A DNA stretch of 64,000 nucleotides from Malacoraja senta. Its lineage: Eukaryota. Below the pieces are notes generated by a model. It did no database searches and had not been told where the DNA came from. It saw only the letters and a list, made by a program, of their open reading frames with translations. The position numbers and the translations under genes are program-made. Below are positions 51,843 to 64,000 of this stretch, one piece after another. Each line of letters begins with the position of its first letter. Positions within the stretch are counted from its first letter, which is position 1. The stretch covers positions 10,914,001 to 10,978,000 of the forward strand of contig CM075988.1 in assembly GCA_038087875.1 (NCBI GenBank), read 5' to 3'.

Positions 51843-51919
51843 TAACCTTTAAACTTATGCAAATTCACTTAACTTCCTCACCATCAGTCTATTCTACACG
51901 TGTATCTTTTCCTTTCTAG

Positions 51920-51975
51920 TTGCATTCAAAACTGTTCGGTGTAAATTTGAGTGAAGTTCCCTGTTATGAAAAATG
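51920..51975 (+). CDS. Candidate 56-nt coding exon (LHSKLFGVNLSEVPCYEK-W/C)
   Basis: Strong acceptor tcttttcctttctag; consensus ATG|gtaagt donor; only one open frame (phase 0-2). Confidence 0.55.
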
Positions 51976-52384
51976 GTAAGTGTTTCTTCAGCCTGCCTGA
52001 TGCTGACTGTTGATGATCTTATTGGGGACACTTGGATTGGTGTTGGCCTAACAAAACTAATTGTTATTTAGCTTTCTGCCAGTGAAATTCACATGGTCAG
52101 TGACTGCATTTAGTTGGATTTATGCAACATTCTTGTAATGATTGCAAAGCTAAAACTGCTTCCCAATAAGCATAAATATGCTGGATATGTGTACATCGAA
52201 TCAATCCTCATTCTCTGCTGTCTAACTCTGGCATTAACTGATTTTAGGCTTGAGGTGCTGATGGAACTTTACCTTTTGAGGTGGTTCTTGAGAAAATTTG
52301 ATGTTTTTCCTTTGCCATGATAAACCACTATTTCCTTGGTTTCCAGGGCAAATGCCTTGTGAACAGGTAAGTTAATAAATTATA

Positions 52385-52930
52385 ACACATTGTATACCAC
52401 AGTAACAGGCCCTTCAACCTACAATGTCTGTGCCAAACATGATGCCTAGTTAAACTGATCTCCTGCATGTGATCCATATCCCTAAATTTCCTGCATATCC
52501 ATGTGCCTATATAAAAGCTTCTTATCTGAGTCCACCACGTTCTCTGGCATTGTACCCACCGCTTGTTGCATGGGGAAGAAGAACCTTGCCCCACTCATCT
52601 CCTGTAAACTTTGTACCTCTCACCTTAAATCTATGTCCTCTAATCTTTGGCATTTCCATTCTGGGAAAATGTTCTGACTGCCTTTCATATTATGCCTCTC
52701 ATAATTTTATACATTTCTATTAGGACACCCCTCAACCTCTGACACCTCAGAGAAAACAATCTGAGTTTGTTCAACCATTTCTTGCAGCTATTATCCTCTA
52801 ATACATGCAGCATTCAGGTAAACCTCTTCTGCACCCCTTCCAAAGCCTCCTCAACCTTCCTGAAATGGGGCGGGCGGCCAGAACTGCATGCAATACTCAA
52901 AATGCGGCCTCATTCCTATAAAGCTGCGAC
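52385..52930 (-). mobile_element. Old CR1 LINE 3' fragment
   Basis: Degenerate reverse complement of the CR1 ORF2 end and 3' UTR. Confidence 0.6.
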
Positions 52931-54104
52931 ATTACGTCCTGAGTTTTACACAGATCCACTCATTCAAGCAGTGTTTATTCTTAAACTAAATAAAATACAC
53001 TAAGAAATAATGTTCTTCTATTCTCTTTTTTGCCAATTATCTTAGCTGGCCATACCTGTAAGAGAAATTGCTTGAATGAGTGGAACTGTACTGGGCTTGA
53101 GAATTAAAAAAAAAAAATCAAAACCTAACCTAATTTTTAATAACAATATTAAAGTTCCTTATTGTCTTTCTTGCCTCCTCCAGGGATGTTCTCCAGCTTG
53201 CATGTCTTTGCATAACTAAGGTACATTTTATGCTGGTATCCTTGTCATAAATCTGCTCCGACGACAACATGACAGTTCCTCTACATTTATACAAAGATTT
53301 AATGGAAGTAATATAACTCCTTATTGCCATTTGCACAGTTTCATTTCCTCAATGGCCTTCAATATCGCTGCTAAGGATGTCATAACTACCACTTGTTAAC
53401 TGTGGAAATGCTTAATTGAAATATTGAAGTAATGTTTTTCAGAAGTGTTAAAAGCTATTAAAAAATGCCATCCAATTTGTAATAAAGCGGAACATTTTAC
53501 AATTTCTATCTCGCTATCAAAGACTTCTACAAATTGCTGCACACTTCCTTGCTCTTGTGCTCTCAGCTCATGCAATGATCCAATGTACCACTCGCCTTCC
53601 ACATTTCACTTCCATTTTTGGCCAATGCTTCAATACAAAAGCATTGTATTCCACAATGAAAGAAGTGGCATTGATTTTTGAATTTCTTCAGCAAAGCACT
53701 GACATCAGCATGATGGGCCAATTGGACTCCTTCACCTGTACTGTAGCTTGTAATGGACCTTCTACTGAAAAAAATATCGGGTGTAATCAGTACAGTTAAT
53801 CAATTGGGAGGGAAATTATTTTAGTTGGATTAAAGCATACATAAATTATGTGCTGAACTAATTTAAAGCATAAAACATAGGTAAGTTCCCCACAGAAGCA
53901 GTGTCTGTGGGGAACTTTACAATGTCTGTGCCATAAAACCAAGTTAAACTCAACTCCTCTACCTGCACAGGATCCATTCCCTGCCTATCCATGAGCCTAT
54001 CTAAAAGCCTCTTAAATGGCTGGACTTCTGGAAAAAAGCTGTTACCTTCATAGGAATATTGCTTCTGGTAAATAAGTATGCTTTAACATTGTAGTGGCCT
54101 AGTA

Positions 54105-54530
54105 TTGGTTTATTATTGTCATGGTAAGACACCATATATTTTGTTTCCAGGGCAAATGTATCCTGAACAGGTAGGTTAATCAATTGGTAGCTTGTACCAA
54201 TATACGGTGGCAAAACGTTCCTTTGCATGTTGTCCAGAAATGGTATATCATGCACGAGTCCATTCAAACTTCACAAGGACAACAAGAAAATTGCTAAGAA
54301 AGAGGAGAATATAGTGTTACAGCTGCAGCGATAGTGCAGATAAATGAAAACAATTGCAAGGCAGTATATTGGGAGCTTTGGTCCAGCTTCTTATATCCAT
54401 TCCATAGTCTGATAACAGCAGTGAAGAGGCTGTTCCTGTACCAAGTGGTATATGCTTGCAAGCTTTTCAATCTTCAGTCCAATTGTAGAGGGGAGAAGAG
54501 GAATTTGCCAGGATGAAAGGGTCCTCAATT
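54105..54530 (-). mobile_element. Old Rex1-like 3' remnant
   Basis: ggtttattattgtca tail and gtctgataacagcagtgaagaggctgttcctg. Confidence 0.5.
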
Positions 54531-54722
54531 ATGTTGAATGCTTATAAACAGCACATAAGCTGTTACTCCATGTGGAGTAAGCCGTACAGATTAAAATGTC
54601 CCATGTTTGATTGTCACACTAAATGGTGAAAGCCTTTGCAATTCCTTCACGTACATGGATGAAGAAATTGACACATGTTATTGTGTTTGGTCTCCAAAGA
54701 CCCCCAACTGGTAGGTGAGTAA

Positions 54723-55054
54723 TGGGCCTGTCCCACTTATGCGACTTTTTCGGCGACTGCCGGCACCCGTCATGGGTCGTTGCAGGTCGCCGAAAATTTT
54801 CAACATTTTGAAAATTCAGCGGTGACCAGAAAGACGCTACGACTCTTTGGGCGACTGAGGAGACCACTCACGACCATACAGGCGACATGTCGTGGGGTGA
54901 AACCTGTATGGTCGTGAGTAGTTGCCCAAAGAGTCGTACCTTGTTCTGGTCGCCGCTGGATTTTCAACATGTCGAACATTTTCTGCGACCTGCAACGATC
55001 TATGACGGGTGCCGGCAAGTCGCCGGAAAAAATCGCGTAACTGGGACAGGCCCA
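54723..55054. mobile_element. Harbinger-type MITE, almost fully palindromic
   Basis: TIR tgggcctgtccca / tgggacaggccca; TAA TSD at 54720-54722 and 55055-55057. Confidence 0.85.
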
Positions 55055-55655
55055 TAAGTATGGTATGTGGTGTGAGGAAGGGACCTAATTCTGGCCTGTC
55101 TCTATTCTGAAACAGTCTCTGACCATTGACTGAGGTTTCTGCATGGAATATCATGATCTGGATCTCCAAAACAGTGATTACATCAATAACAACTGAAAAG
55201 GCACTCTTTGTGTTCAGAAAACTGGCAAAATAAATATATTATAAAGCAGGTTTCTCAATTTGAAACTGGATTCTGTAAGATTATCTTGCTCGATTTACAA
55301 TGATATGAATACGTTTGTCAATGTTAATGTGTTGAAAAATTATAAAACCATATTCCTGAACAGTGCAAGCAATATGGGGAAAAATTCTCTTTTGCAAGCA
55401 GTTTTTTGTTAACGTCTCCTGATGATTGGGAGTTATCAAATCGGATTGCTGGGGTAATTTGCAGATGAGACAGCACTATGGTCAGCACCTGACCTCTTAA
55501 GGCAATTATTGGGATTAGTCTAGAATCTTTGGTTGGTAGAATGGTAACACTGAAAGATGCCTTTGTGATTATATCCATGATATGTAAATCAGATTAGATT
55601 TACAGATCAAGATTATATTTGGGTTTTGTATCCTGGACAAACTATGATCTAAAGT

Positions 55656-55867
55656 ACAGAAACAAGGAACTGCTGATGCTGGTTTACCAAAAAAAACAAT
55701 GTTGGAGTAACTCAGCGGGTCAGGCAGCATTCCTGGACAAATTGGATATGTGATGTTTCGGAAATCAGTCTGATGAGACTGGTCATCACCTAAAATGTCA
55801 CCTATCCATGTTCTCCAGCGATGATGCCTAATCCACTGAGTTACTCCAGCACATTGTGCCTTTTTTA
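55656..55867. mobile_element. Fold-back Penelope-derived short element
   Basis: 12-bp TSD atgatctaaagt (55644-55655, 55868-55879); inverted pLTR arms; ctgatga at the centre. Confidence 0.75.
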
Positions 55868-57079
55868 ATGATCTAAAGTGACTGTTTTAGTTGCTAGTGA
55901 CAGTGCAAAAACTGATTGTTAGTAGGTCTTTGTGTGTTATATATACCAAATTTATTATCTATTATTCATGGACTCTGGAACTCCATGTTTTCAATTAATC
56001 TTCCATTTTCTTCAACAGAGAAAAATTAGGAAGATCAGAAGCTCTGAGTGTAGTTAATTAGGAATCAAATTACCTTTTAGCTAGGCTTAAATATTCATAA
56101 ACTGTGCTTGCCTGTACTCTGGGGAAATTTTGTCATACTCATGAGAATATATTATTTAAGGTAAACAAGTATGCATTAGCTTGATTGTGGCCTAGTGTGC
56201 AAAACCCTTGCTCTGTATAGAGTAAGCCACGCAAACTAAAATGTTCAATGTGTATTAGTTGCTCTAGCACACATTTGCTGCTATTTGGTGATTTTATTTT
56301 TCTATTAAAGTCTTCATTCTTGGGAGATAGTCAAATGTTTGATAGAGAGCATCAAATTTGTTTTAAAATCTGTATCGTGCCAGATGTAAGATTGGGAAAA
56401 CTGAGGGATAAAATATTCCAGATTTTTAGCCTGTCTTCATTGACGATTCTTTTTTTTTTTTCCAATTGCACTGGCATTTATCTGTCTGTTACAGTTTGAA
56501 CTGCATGTCAATTGTCAGACTAGGGCATTATTAATATGGAACTGGCCAATACCATTGCCAGCGAACATGAAGGAGAAGTGGTTTGGCTCAATATTGCAGT
56601 GCAAGAGTAATGCACTGATTGTGAATGCTCTACTTCTCAGCTCGTGTTTGAATGTTGTCCAGGACTGGATGCCCATAGGAATGGATAGCTACACACTTTT
56701 ATTAGGTGATGGCTTGCATGTGTGGCTAAAATGTTTAGTCTTGAGTAGACCATACCATTTCTTGAATTGAAGTGGACCACGTCATTGAGAAAACTGGAGA
56801 TGCTTTGGCTGATGTTGCTGTGCTAAGAAACGGCTGCAGCAGTTCATCAGAGTTGGGATTATTGAAAGGATTCATCATATTGCTATGAAATGGTATTTTA
56901 AGAATGAAAATGCAGTATTTAATAGGTTGAGTTTATGGAGGCTTTGAGAGGGAGACTATTAACTATAACTATACAGATGTTTAATGCTGTTTATATCTGC
57001 ACATTTTCCTATTTAACAGCTGTATTTTCATTGCATTAGAATTTTTCATGCAATAATTGGTTACTGGGTCTATTAATGA

Positions 57080-58825
57080 GCAATAGACAATAGGTGCAGG
57101 ATTAGGCCATTCGGCCCTTCGAGCCAGCACCACCATTTACTGTGATCATGTCTGATCATCCACAATCAGTACCCCGTTCCTGCCGTCTCCCCATATCCCT
57201 TGACTCCACTATCTTTAAGAGCTCTATCTAACTCTCTCTTGAAAGCATCCGGAGAATCGACCTCCACTGCTTTCTGAGGGAAAGAATTTCATAGATTCAC
57301 AACTGTCTGGGTGAAAAAGTTTTCCTCATCTCCGTTCTAAATGGCCTACCCTTTATTCTTAAACTGTGGCCCCTGGTACTGGACTCCCCCAAAATTGGGA
57401 ACATGTTTCCTGCCTCTAGCATGTCCAATCCCTCAATAATCGTATGTTTCAATAAGATTCCCTGTATGTGAATATTTGGCCAATAAACTTATTCATTCAT
57501 TCATTCCCTCTCATCCTTCTACGTTCCAGTGTATACAAGCCCAATCGCACCATTCTTTCAACATATGACAGTCCCGCCATCCTGGGAAATTAACCTAGTG
57601 AACCTACGCTGCACTCCCTCAATAGCAAGAATGTCCTTTCTCAAATTTGGAGACCAAAACTGCACACAATACTCCAGGTGTGGTCTCACCAGGGCCATGT
57701 ACAACTACAGAAGGACCTCTTTGCTCCTATACTCAACTCCTCTTGTTATGAAGGCCAACATGCCATTAGCTTTCTTCACTGCCTGCTTTACCCGCATTCT
57801 TACTTTCAGTGACTGATGTACAAGGACACCCAGATCTTGTTGTACTTCCACTTTTCCTAACTTGACACCATTCAGATAATCTGCCTTCTTGTTCTTGCCA
57901 CCAAAGTGGATAACCTCACATTTATCCACATTAAACTGCATCTGCCATGCATCTACTCACCCAACCTGTCCAAGTCACCCTGCATCCTCATAGCATCCTC
58001 CTCACAGTTCACACTGCCACCCAGCTGTGTGTCATCTGTAACTTTGCTAATGTTATATTTAATCCCTTCATCTAAATCATTAATGTATTTTGTAAATAGC
58101 TGCGGTCCCAGCACCGAACATTGTGGTGCCCCAGTAGTCACTGCCTGCCATTCTGAAAGGGACCCGTTAATCCCTACTCTGTGTTACCTGTCTGCCAACC
58201 AATTTTCTATCCATGTCAGTACCCTACCCTCAATACCATGTGCTCTAATTTTGCCCTCTAATCTCCCACGTGGGACCTTATCAAAGGCTTTCTGAAAGTC
58301 CAGGTACATTACATTCACTGGCTCTCCCTTGTCCATTTTCCTAGTTACATCCTCAAAAAATTCCAGAAGATAAGTCAAGCATGATTTTCCCTTTGTAAAT
58401 CCATGCTGACTCGGACCGATCCTGTTACTACTATCCAAATGTCCCGCATTTCATCTTTTATAATTGTCTCCAACATCTTCCCCACCACCGATGTCGGGCT
58501 AACTGGTTTATAATTCTCTGTTTTCCCTCCCTCCCCTTTCTTAAAAAATGGGATAACATTAGCTACCCTCCAATCCACAGGAACTGATCCTGATTCGATT
58601 GAACATTGGAAAAGTATCACCAATGCGTCCACGATTTCTAGAGCCACCTCCTTAAGTACCCTGGGATGCAGACCATCAGGCCCTGGGGATTTATCAGCCT
58701 TCGGCCCCATCAGTCTACCCAACATCATTTTCTGCCTAATGTGAATTTCCTTCAGTACCTCCATCCCCCGAGGCCACTAGTACATCTGGGAGATTGTTTT
58801 TGTTTTTCTTAGTGAAGACAGTTCT
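57080..58825 (-). mobile_element. CR1 LINE, degenerate ORF2 (RT domain)
   Basis: KSPGPDGLHPRVLKE, QHGFTKGKSC, YLDFQKAFDKV motifs split by frameshifts. Confidence 0.92.
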
Positions 58826-60985
58826 GTACCTCTGCTGTTTAACCTCCAACTATATGTTGAACTCCAAACCCAGTATGAATTATTATACTTTGCTTCATGT
58901 GAATCTTAATTTAAATATAAATCACTCGCTGAAGATTAGCAGTAGACTCACTGAAGTTGAAATTTTTAGCGGTTGTTATTGCGTGTATTTTGCAATGCTT
59001 ATGATTACCGCATTTTAAAAAGTGCTGTGATGTGCAATTCTTCCATGTGCATGTGTGCTGAAATTATATGCAGGTCTCTCCAATCTATCGCAACACTGTC
59101 TTTTTTTTAAACTGGATTTTTGGAGCTCAAATAGATTTGACATTTTGTTCGGTGTAATTCTGCTGAATTTGGAATCTGTTTTCTATTTATCATTCAATAA
59201 TTTTCATGGTATGTCAATTAGCAACCATCTAGGATACTATAAATGTTACAATTACATTCTAGGTTTGCAGTCCTAGATCACTGGAGGAACAACCTCAGAA
59301 TCATTTCAGATAGAGCCTGAAGCTTATGTCTGAAACAAAGATCCTCTGCAATTCCACACCAGATGTATAAATCTCAACTGCTGGACCACTCCAGAAATTC
59401 CTCTGCTGAATCGTGCATCTTAGTACTGGACAAAGGGTTCTCAGAATGGTCGAGACCCAAAGGTAAAGAACATGAATGAAGAGCTAGGAGCTAGCAACTA
59501 ACTCGGTCTGAGATCTTACATTATTTGAGGAGAAAGAATGTCTTCTCATCCTTTAGGCAGAGTGTTGGTAGAGCTGCTGCCTCATAGCATCAGAGACCTA
59601 GGTTTGATCCTGACTTTACACCGTCTCTATGGAGTTTGCACGTCCTCAGAGTGCTCTGGTTCCCTCCCACATCTCAAATTCGTGCAGTTTTGTAGATGAA
59701 GTGTCACTAACTTCACCCCTCACTCCCACCGCCAGTTAATTCCAGTAAGGTTCTGGTCTATTTGAAGGTCAGGGACTGGTGACGGTAATATCATGGATTT
59801 TAAAAGAATATGATCAAATGTTTATTTTTGCTGGAACATTTCAGTGGCACAAAAAATCCTTATCTTATGATGTATCTACTTGGTTCAAGAGAAATGGAAT
59901 GCAATATTTTCGGATGGTTTACTTTAATAAGTGGTACTTGTAAGAATCACCTGCGGATCAAAACAACTATGGTTTAATGTATTAGTGATTTCAGGGGTGA
60001 AGGATCTGTGTAATGTGACAAGGAGGAAACAGTGGATCCTTGGACATGATATCAGTTGGCAGATAAGCTGGCATGTTCTGGCAAACTTCGCAGTTGCTGT
60101 GTGATTCGTGCCAGCCTAGTAATGAAATGTTATTTTGATTGAAACTTCGTCTCTCTAGCTCGGGTGAAAACTGTCCAGTGAACCATGCGTTGTAGGTTCC
60201 AAGTTCATTTATACTGTTAATCATGAAAAATTGTATTTGTTATTTAAATGATTTTGCTCGTGCTTTTCCAATTTAATTGTTTTTTGTTCACAAAGAAAAG
60301 CTGGGCAGAAGGCCATTTGGCCCATTGTATCCTTGCCAATTAAAATTCCAACTGTCTAGTTCTTGGTCTGGAAGAGTCCAAGCTACCATAGCCTTGCAGT
60401 TACAGCACTTGAAGCAGTCAACCATGCACGAGTTGTATTTGGTGAGAGCTTGTGCTCCACCACAAGATCGTACATTGAATTCCAGATCCCCTGTTTCTCA
60501 CAGCGAGATAAATCAATCTTCATCTCCCTACTGAAATTTCCACCAATTAACTAAAATCGCTGGCCTTCAACTTTTTAATATTATCACCATCAAGCTGATC
60601 ATGGAAGAAAACTGCGTGTTTGTTACATCCTTCAGCTTCACTCACTAAGAAGAAAATTAACATTCTGCTAGAGATGCACCTGATAACAAGTCTCTCTTTA
60701 ATTTAGTTATATTTCCCTGGATATGTGACAAAGGCAAATGATTTAATTTTGCCACTTCTGTGAGATTCATGTTTAAAAGATCATTAAAACTTAACAGAAG
60801 GAATAATGAAATGATTTGGTTAATTATACTGCATCTTGAGATGGAGGATACTCCGCGTTCCAATACGATGCTGTTCAGTAGATATGATCATTTAAAGGAT
60901 CGTAGAGCTTACCACTTATTACCACCACATGATGACTACTACAACCAAGTCTGTGTAATATTTCCTTCAGTCACAGGTCTGGAGT

Positions 60986-61145
60986 CATAGAAACATAGAA
61001 AATAGGTGCAGGAGGAGGCCATTCGGCTCTTCGAGCGAGCACCACCATTCATTGTGATCATGGCTGATCGTCCCCTATCAATAACCCATGCCTGCCTTCT
61101 CCCCATATCCCTTGACTCCACTAGCCCCTAGAGCTCTTTCTAACT
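60986..61145 (-). mobile_element. CR1 3' tail
   Basis: catagaaacatagaaaataggtgcaggag terminus. Confidence 0.75.
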
Positions 61146-61179
61146 TGCCACTTCCAGTCATTACTGGTCTCAGACAATA

Positions 61180-61360
61180 TTTACAATTTTACCAAAGCCA
61201 ATTAACCTACAATCCTGTTCGTCTTTGGAGTGTGGGAGGAAACTGGAGCACCCGGAAAAAAAACCACGTAGTCACAGCCAGAATGTACAAACAGCACCCG
61301 TAGTCGGGATCAAACTGGATCTCTGGCGCTGTAGGGCGGCAACCCCACCACAGCGCCACC
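61180..61360 (-). mobile_element. HE1-like V-SINE (5' half)
   Basis: gtctttggagtgtgggaggaaactggagcacccgg. Confidence 0.7.
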
Positions 61361-61677
61361 ATACCAAGTATTATGTTTTTAATCCATACGTAGATCAACG
61401 GTGTGCATTTAAGCTCCACTATATGTATTGTATGCAGAAGCATTTTGGAATAACAAAGCCTCAGCTGCTTTTCACCTAATTCCCAACATAGCGTTAATAG
61501 ACAAATATCATGAGCATCAACAAACTCTCTAATCACAAAGACTGAGGAAAACCACCGCAGAACAGCTGAAAATCACAGTGGTGATTTGGGGGAAACAGTA
61601 GACAGATGTTGTGCTGTGTTATGTTGTCAAAGCATGGCTAATTGATTTAATTCCCAGTCAAAGATCTATGGCTCGTA

Positions 61678-64000
61678 ATATAGAAAAATAGGTGCAGGAG
61701 TAGGCCATTCATCTCTTTGAGCCAGCACCGCCATTCAATGTGATCATGGCTGATCATCTAAAATCAGTACCCTGTTGTGGATTTTTCCCCATATCCCTTG
61801 ATTCCTTTAGCCCTAAGAGCTAAATCTACCTCTCTGAAAACATCCAGTGAATTGGCCTCCACTGTCTTCTGTGACAGAATTCTACAAATTCACAACTCTC
61901 TGGGTGAAAATGTTTTTCCTCATCTCAGTCCTAAATGGCCTACCGCTTATTCTTAAACTGTGACCCCTGGTTCTGGACACCACCAACATCGGGAACATTT
62001 TCCTGCACCTAGCCTGTCCAATCCCTTAAGAATTTTATATGTTTCCATAAGATCAACTCTCATCCTTCTAAATTCCAGAGAATAGAAGCCCAGTCGACTC
62101 ATTCTTTCATCATATGTCTGTCTCGCCATGCCGGGAATTAACCTGGCGAACCTACGCTGCACTCCCTCAATAGCAATAATGTCCCTCTTCAAATTAGGAG
62201 ACCAAAATTGCACAGAATACTCCAGGTGCAGTCACACCAGGGGCCTGTACAACTGCAGTAGGCCTCCTTGCTTCTAAACTTAAATCCTCTTGCAATGAAG
62301 GCCAACATGCCATTAGCTTTCTTCACTGTCTGTTGTACCTGCATACTTACTTTCAGTGACTGATGTACAAGCACACCCAGGTCTTGGTGCACCTCTACTT
62401 TTCCTAATCTGACACCATTCAGATAATAATCTCCCTACCTGTTCTAGCCACCAAAGTGGATAACCTCATGTTTATCCACATTATACTGCATCTGCCCATT
62501 CACCCAACCTATCCAAGTCACCCTGCAGCCTCATGGCATTCTTACCGCAGCTCCCACAGCCACCCAGCTTTGTGTCATCCGCAAACTTGGAGATATCACA
62601 TTTATTTCCCTTGTCTAAATCGTTAATGTATAATGTAAATAACTGGGGTCCCAGCACCGAGCCTTGTGGCACCCCACTAGTCACTGCCTCCCATTCTGAA
62701 GAGGATCAGTTAATTCCTACTCTTTGCTTCCTATCTGCCAACCAGTTCTCTATATATGTCAATACCCTACCCCCAATGCCATGTGCTCTAATTTTGCAAA
62801 CTAATCTCTTGAGTGGGAACTTGTCAAAGGCTTTTTTGAAGTCCAGATACACCACATCCACTGGCTCTCCCTTATCCATTCTACTTGGTACATCCTCAAA
62901 AAATTCCAGAAGATTAGTCAAGCATGATTTCCCTTCATAAATCCATGCTGACTTTGACCGATCCTGTCACTGCTTTCCAAATGCGCTGCTATAACATCTT
63001 CCCCACTACCGATGTAAGGCTAACTGGTCTATAATTCCCTGTTTTCTCTCTCCCTCCTTTCTTACAAAGTGGAGTTACATTGGCTACCATCCAGTCCACA
63101 GGAACTGATCCAGAGTCGAGAGAACATTGGAAAATGATCACCAATGCATCCACGATTTCTACAGCCACATCCTTGAGTACTGTGGGATGCAGACCAATAG
63201 GCCCTGGTGATATATCTGCCTTCAGTCCCAACTGTTTACCTAACACAATTTCCTGACTAATATGGATTCCCTTCAGTTCCTCCCTCCCACTAGATCCTCG
63301 GTCCCCAAGTATTTCTGGGAGATTGTTTAGGTCTTCCTTAATGAAGACTGAACCAAAGTACTCGTTTAACTGTTCTGCCATTTCCTTGTTTCCCATTCTA
63401 AATTCACCTGTCTCTGATTGTAAGAGATCTACATTTGTCTTAACTAATCTTTTCCTTTTTACATATCTGAACAAGCTTTTAGAGTCAGTTTTTATATTCC
63501 CAGCTCTTTTTTCCCCCTACTAATTAACCCCTTTGTCTTCCTCTGTTGTGTTCTAAATTTCACCCAGTCCTCCGGTTTGCTGCTTCCTCTGGCCAATTTA
63601 TATGCCTTTTCCTTGGATTTAACACTATCCTTGATTTCCCTCATTGACACAGTTGAGCCGCCTTCCCTGTTTTAATTTTTTTTCGCCAGACAGGATTGAA
63701 CAATTTTTGGAGTTCATCCTTTAAATCTTTGCAATTGCATCTCCACTGTCAACCCTTTTAAGTATAATTTGCCAATTATCCTAGCTAATTCCCATCTCAT
63801 ACCTTCAAAGTCTCCTTTCTTTAAGTTCAGGACCCTGGTCTCAGAATTAACTGTGTCACTCTCCATCCTCATGTAGAATTCCACTATATTATGGTAATTG
63901 TTGCCCAAGGGGCTTTGCACAACAAGATCGCTAACTAATCCTTCCTCATTACACAATACCCAGTCTAGGATGGCCTGTGCTTTAGTCAGTTCTTCTACAT
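61678..64000 (-). mobile_element. Long CR1 LINE copy, degenerate ORF2, running off the window end
   Basis: GNYRPVSLTSVVGK, YLDFKKAFDK, SGVPQGSVLGP, KFADDTKL motifs with stops and frameshifts. Confidence 0.93.

Noticed and set aside
59263..59462. Possible further host exon(s) (FAVLDHWRNNLRIISDRA* or a donor at 59463)
   Set aside because: Weak acceptors and several competing frames; not supportable without RNA data

Overview
Eukaryotic, AT-rich, repeat-dense vertebrate DNA. The repeat complement (HE1/V-SINE-type SINEs, abundant CR1 LINEs, Rex1-like, L1-like and Penelope-like elements) points to a cartilaginous fish, probably a skate or ray (inference). The window reads as the intronic interior of a large + strand gene with a few short candidate exons (10607, 16285, 18420, 22583, 51920); I could not identify the gene. 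All long ORFs are retroelement fragments or repeat artefacts. There are no rRNA genes, tRNA genes or CRISPR arrays. The most notable observations are: (i) a dispersed family of short Penelope-derived insertions carrying hammerhead-ribozyme-like cores, including an 89-nt unit that starts at the core and has a 12-bp TSD; (ii) a non-autonomous Helitron with two copies of a TATA/Inr/ATG/splice-donor module, in sense orientation just upstream of a candidate exon; (iii) a young teleost-AFC-like SINE (possible horizontal transfer); (iv) a 56/20/20-nt phase-compatible exon cluster; (v) internally deleted Rex1-like non-autonomous LINEs. None is proven novel from sequence alone. Boundaries of elements without a TSD are approximate.
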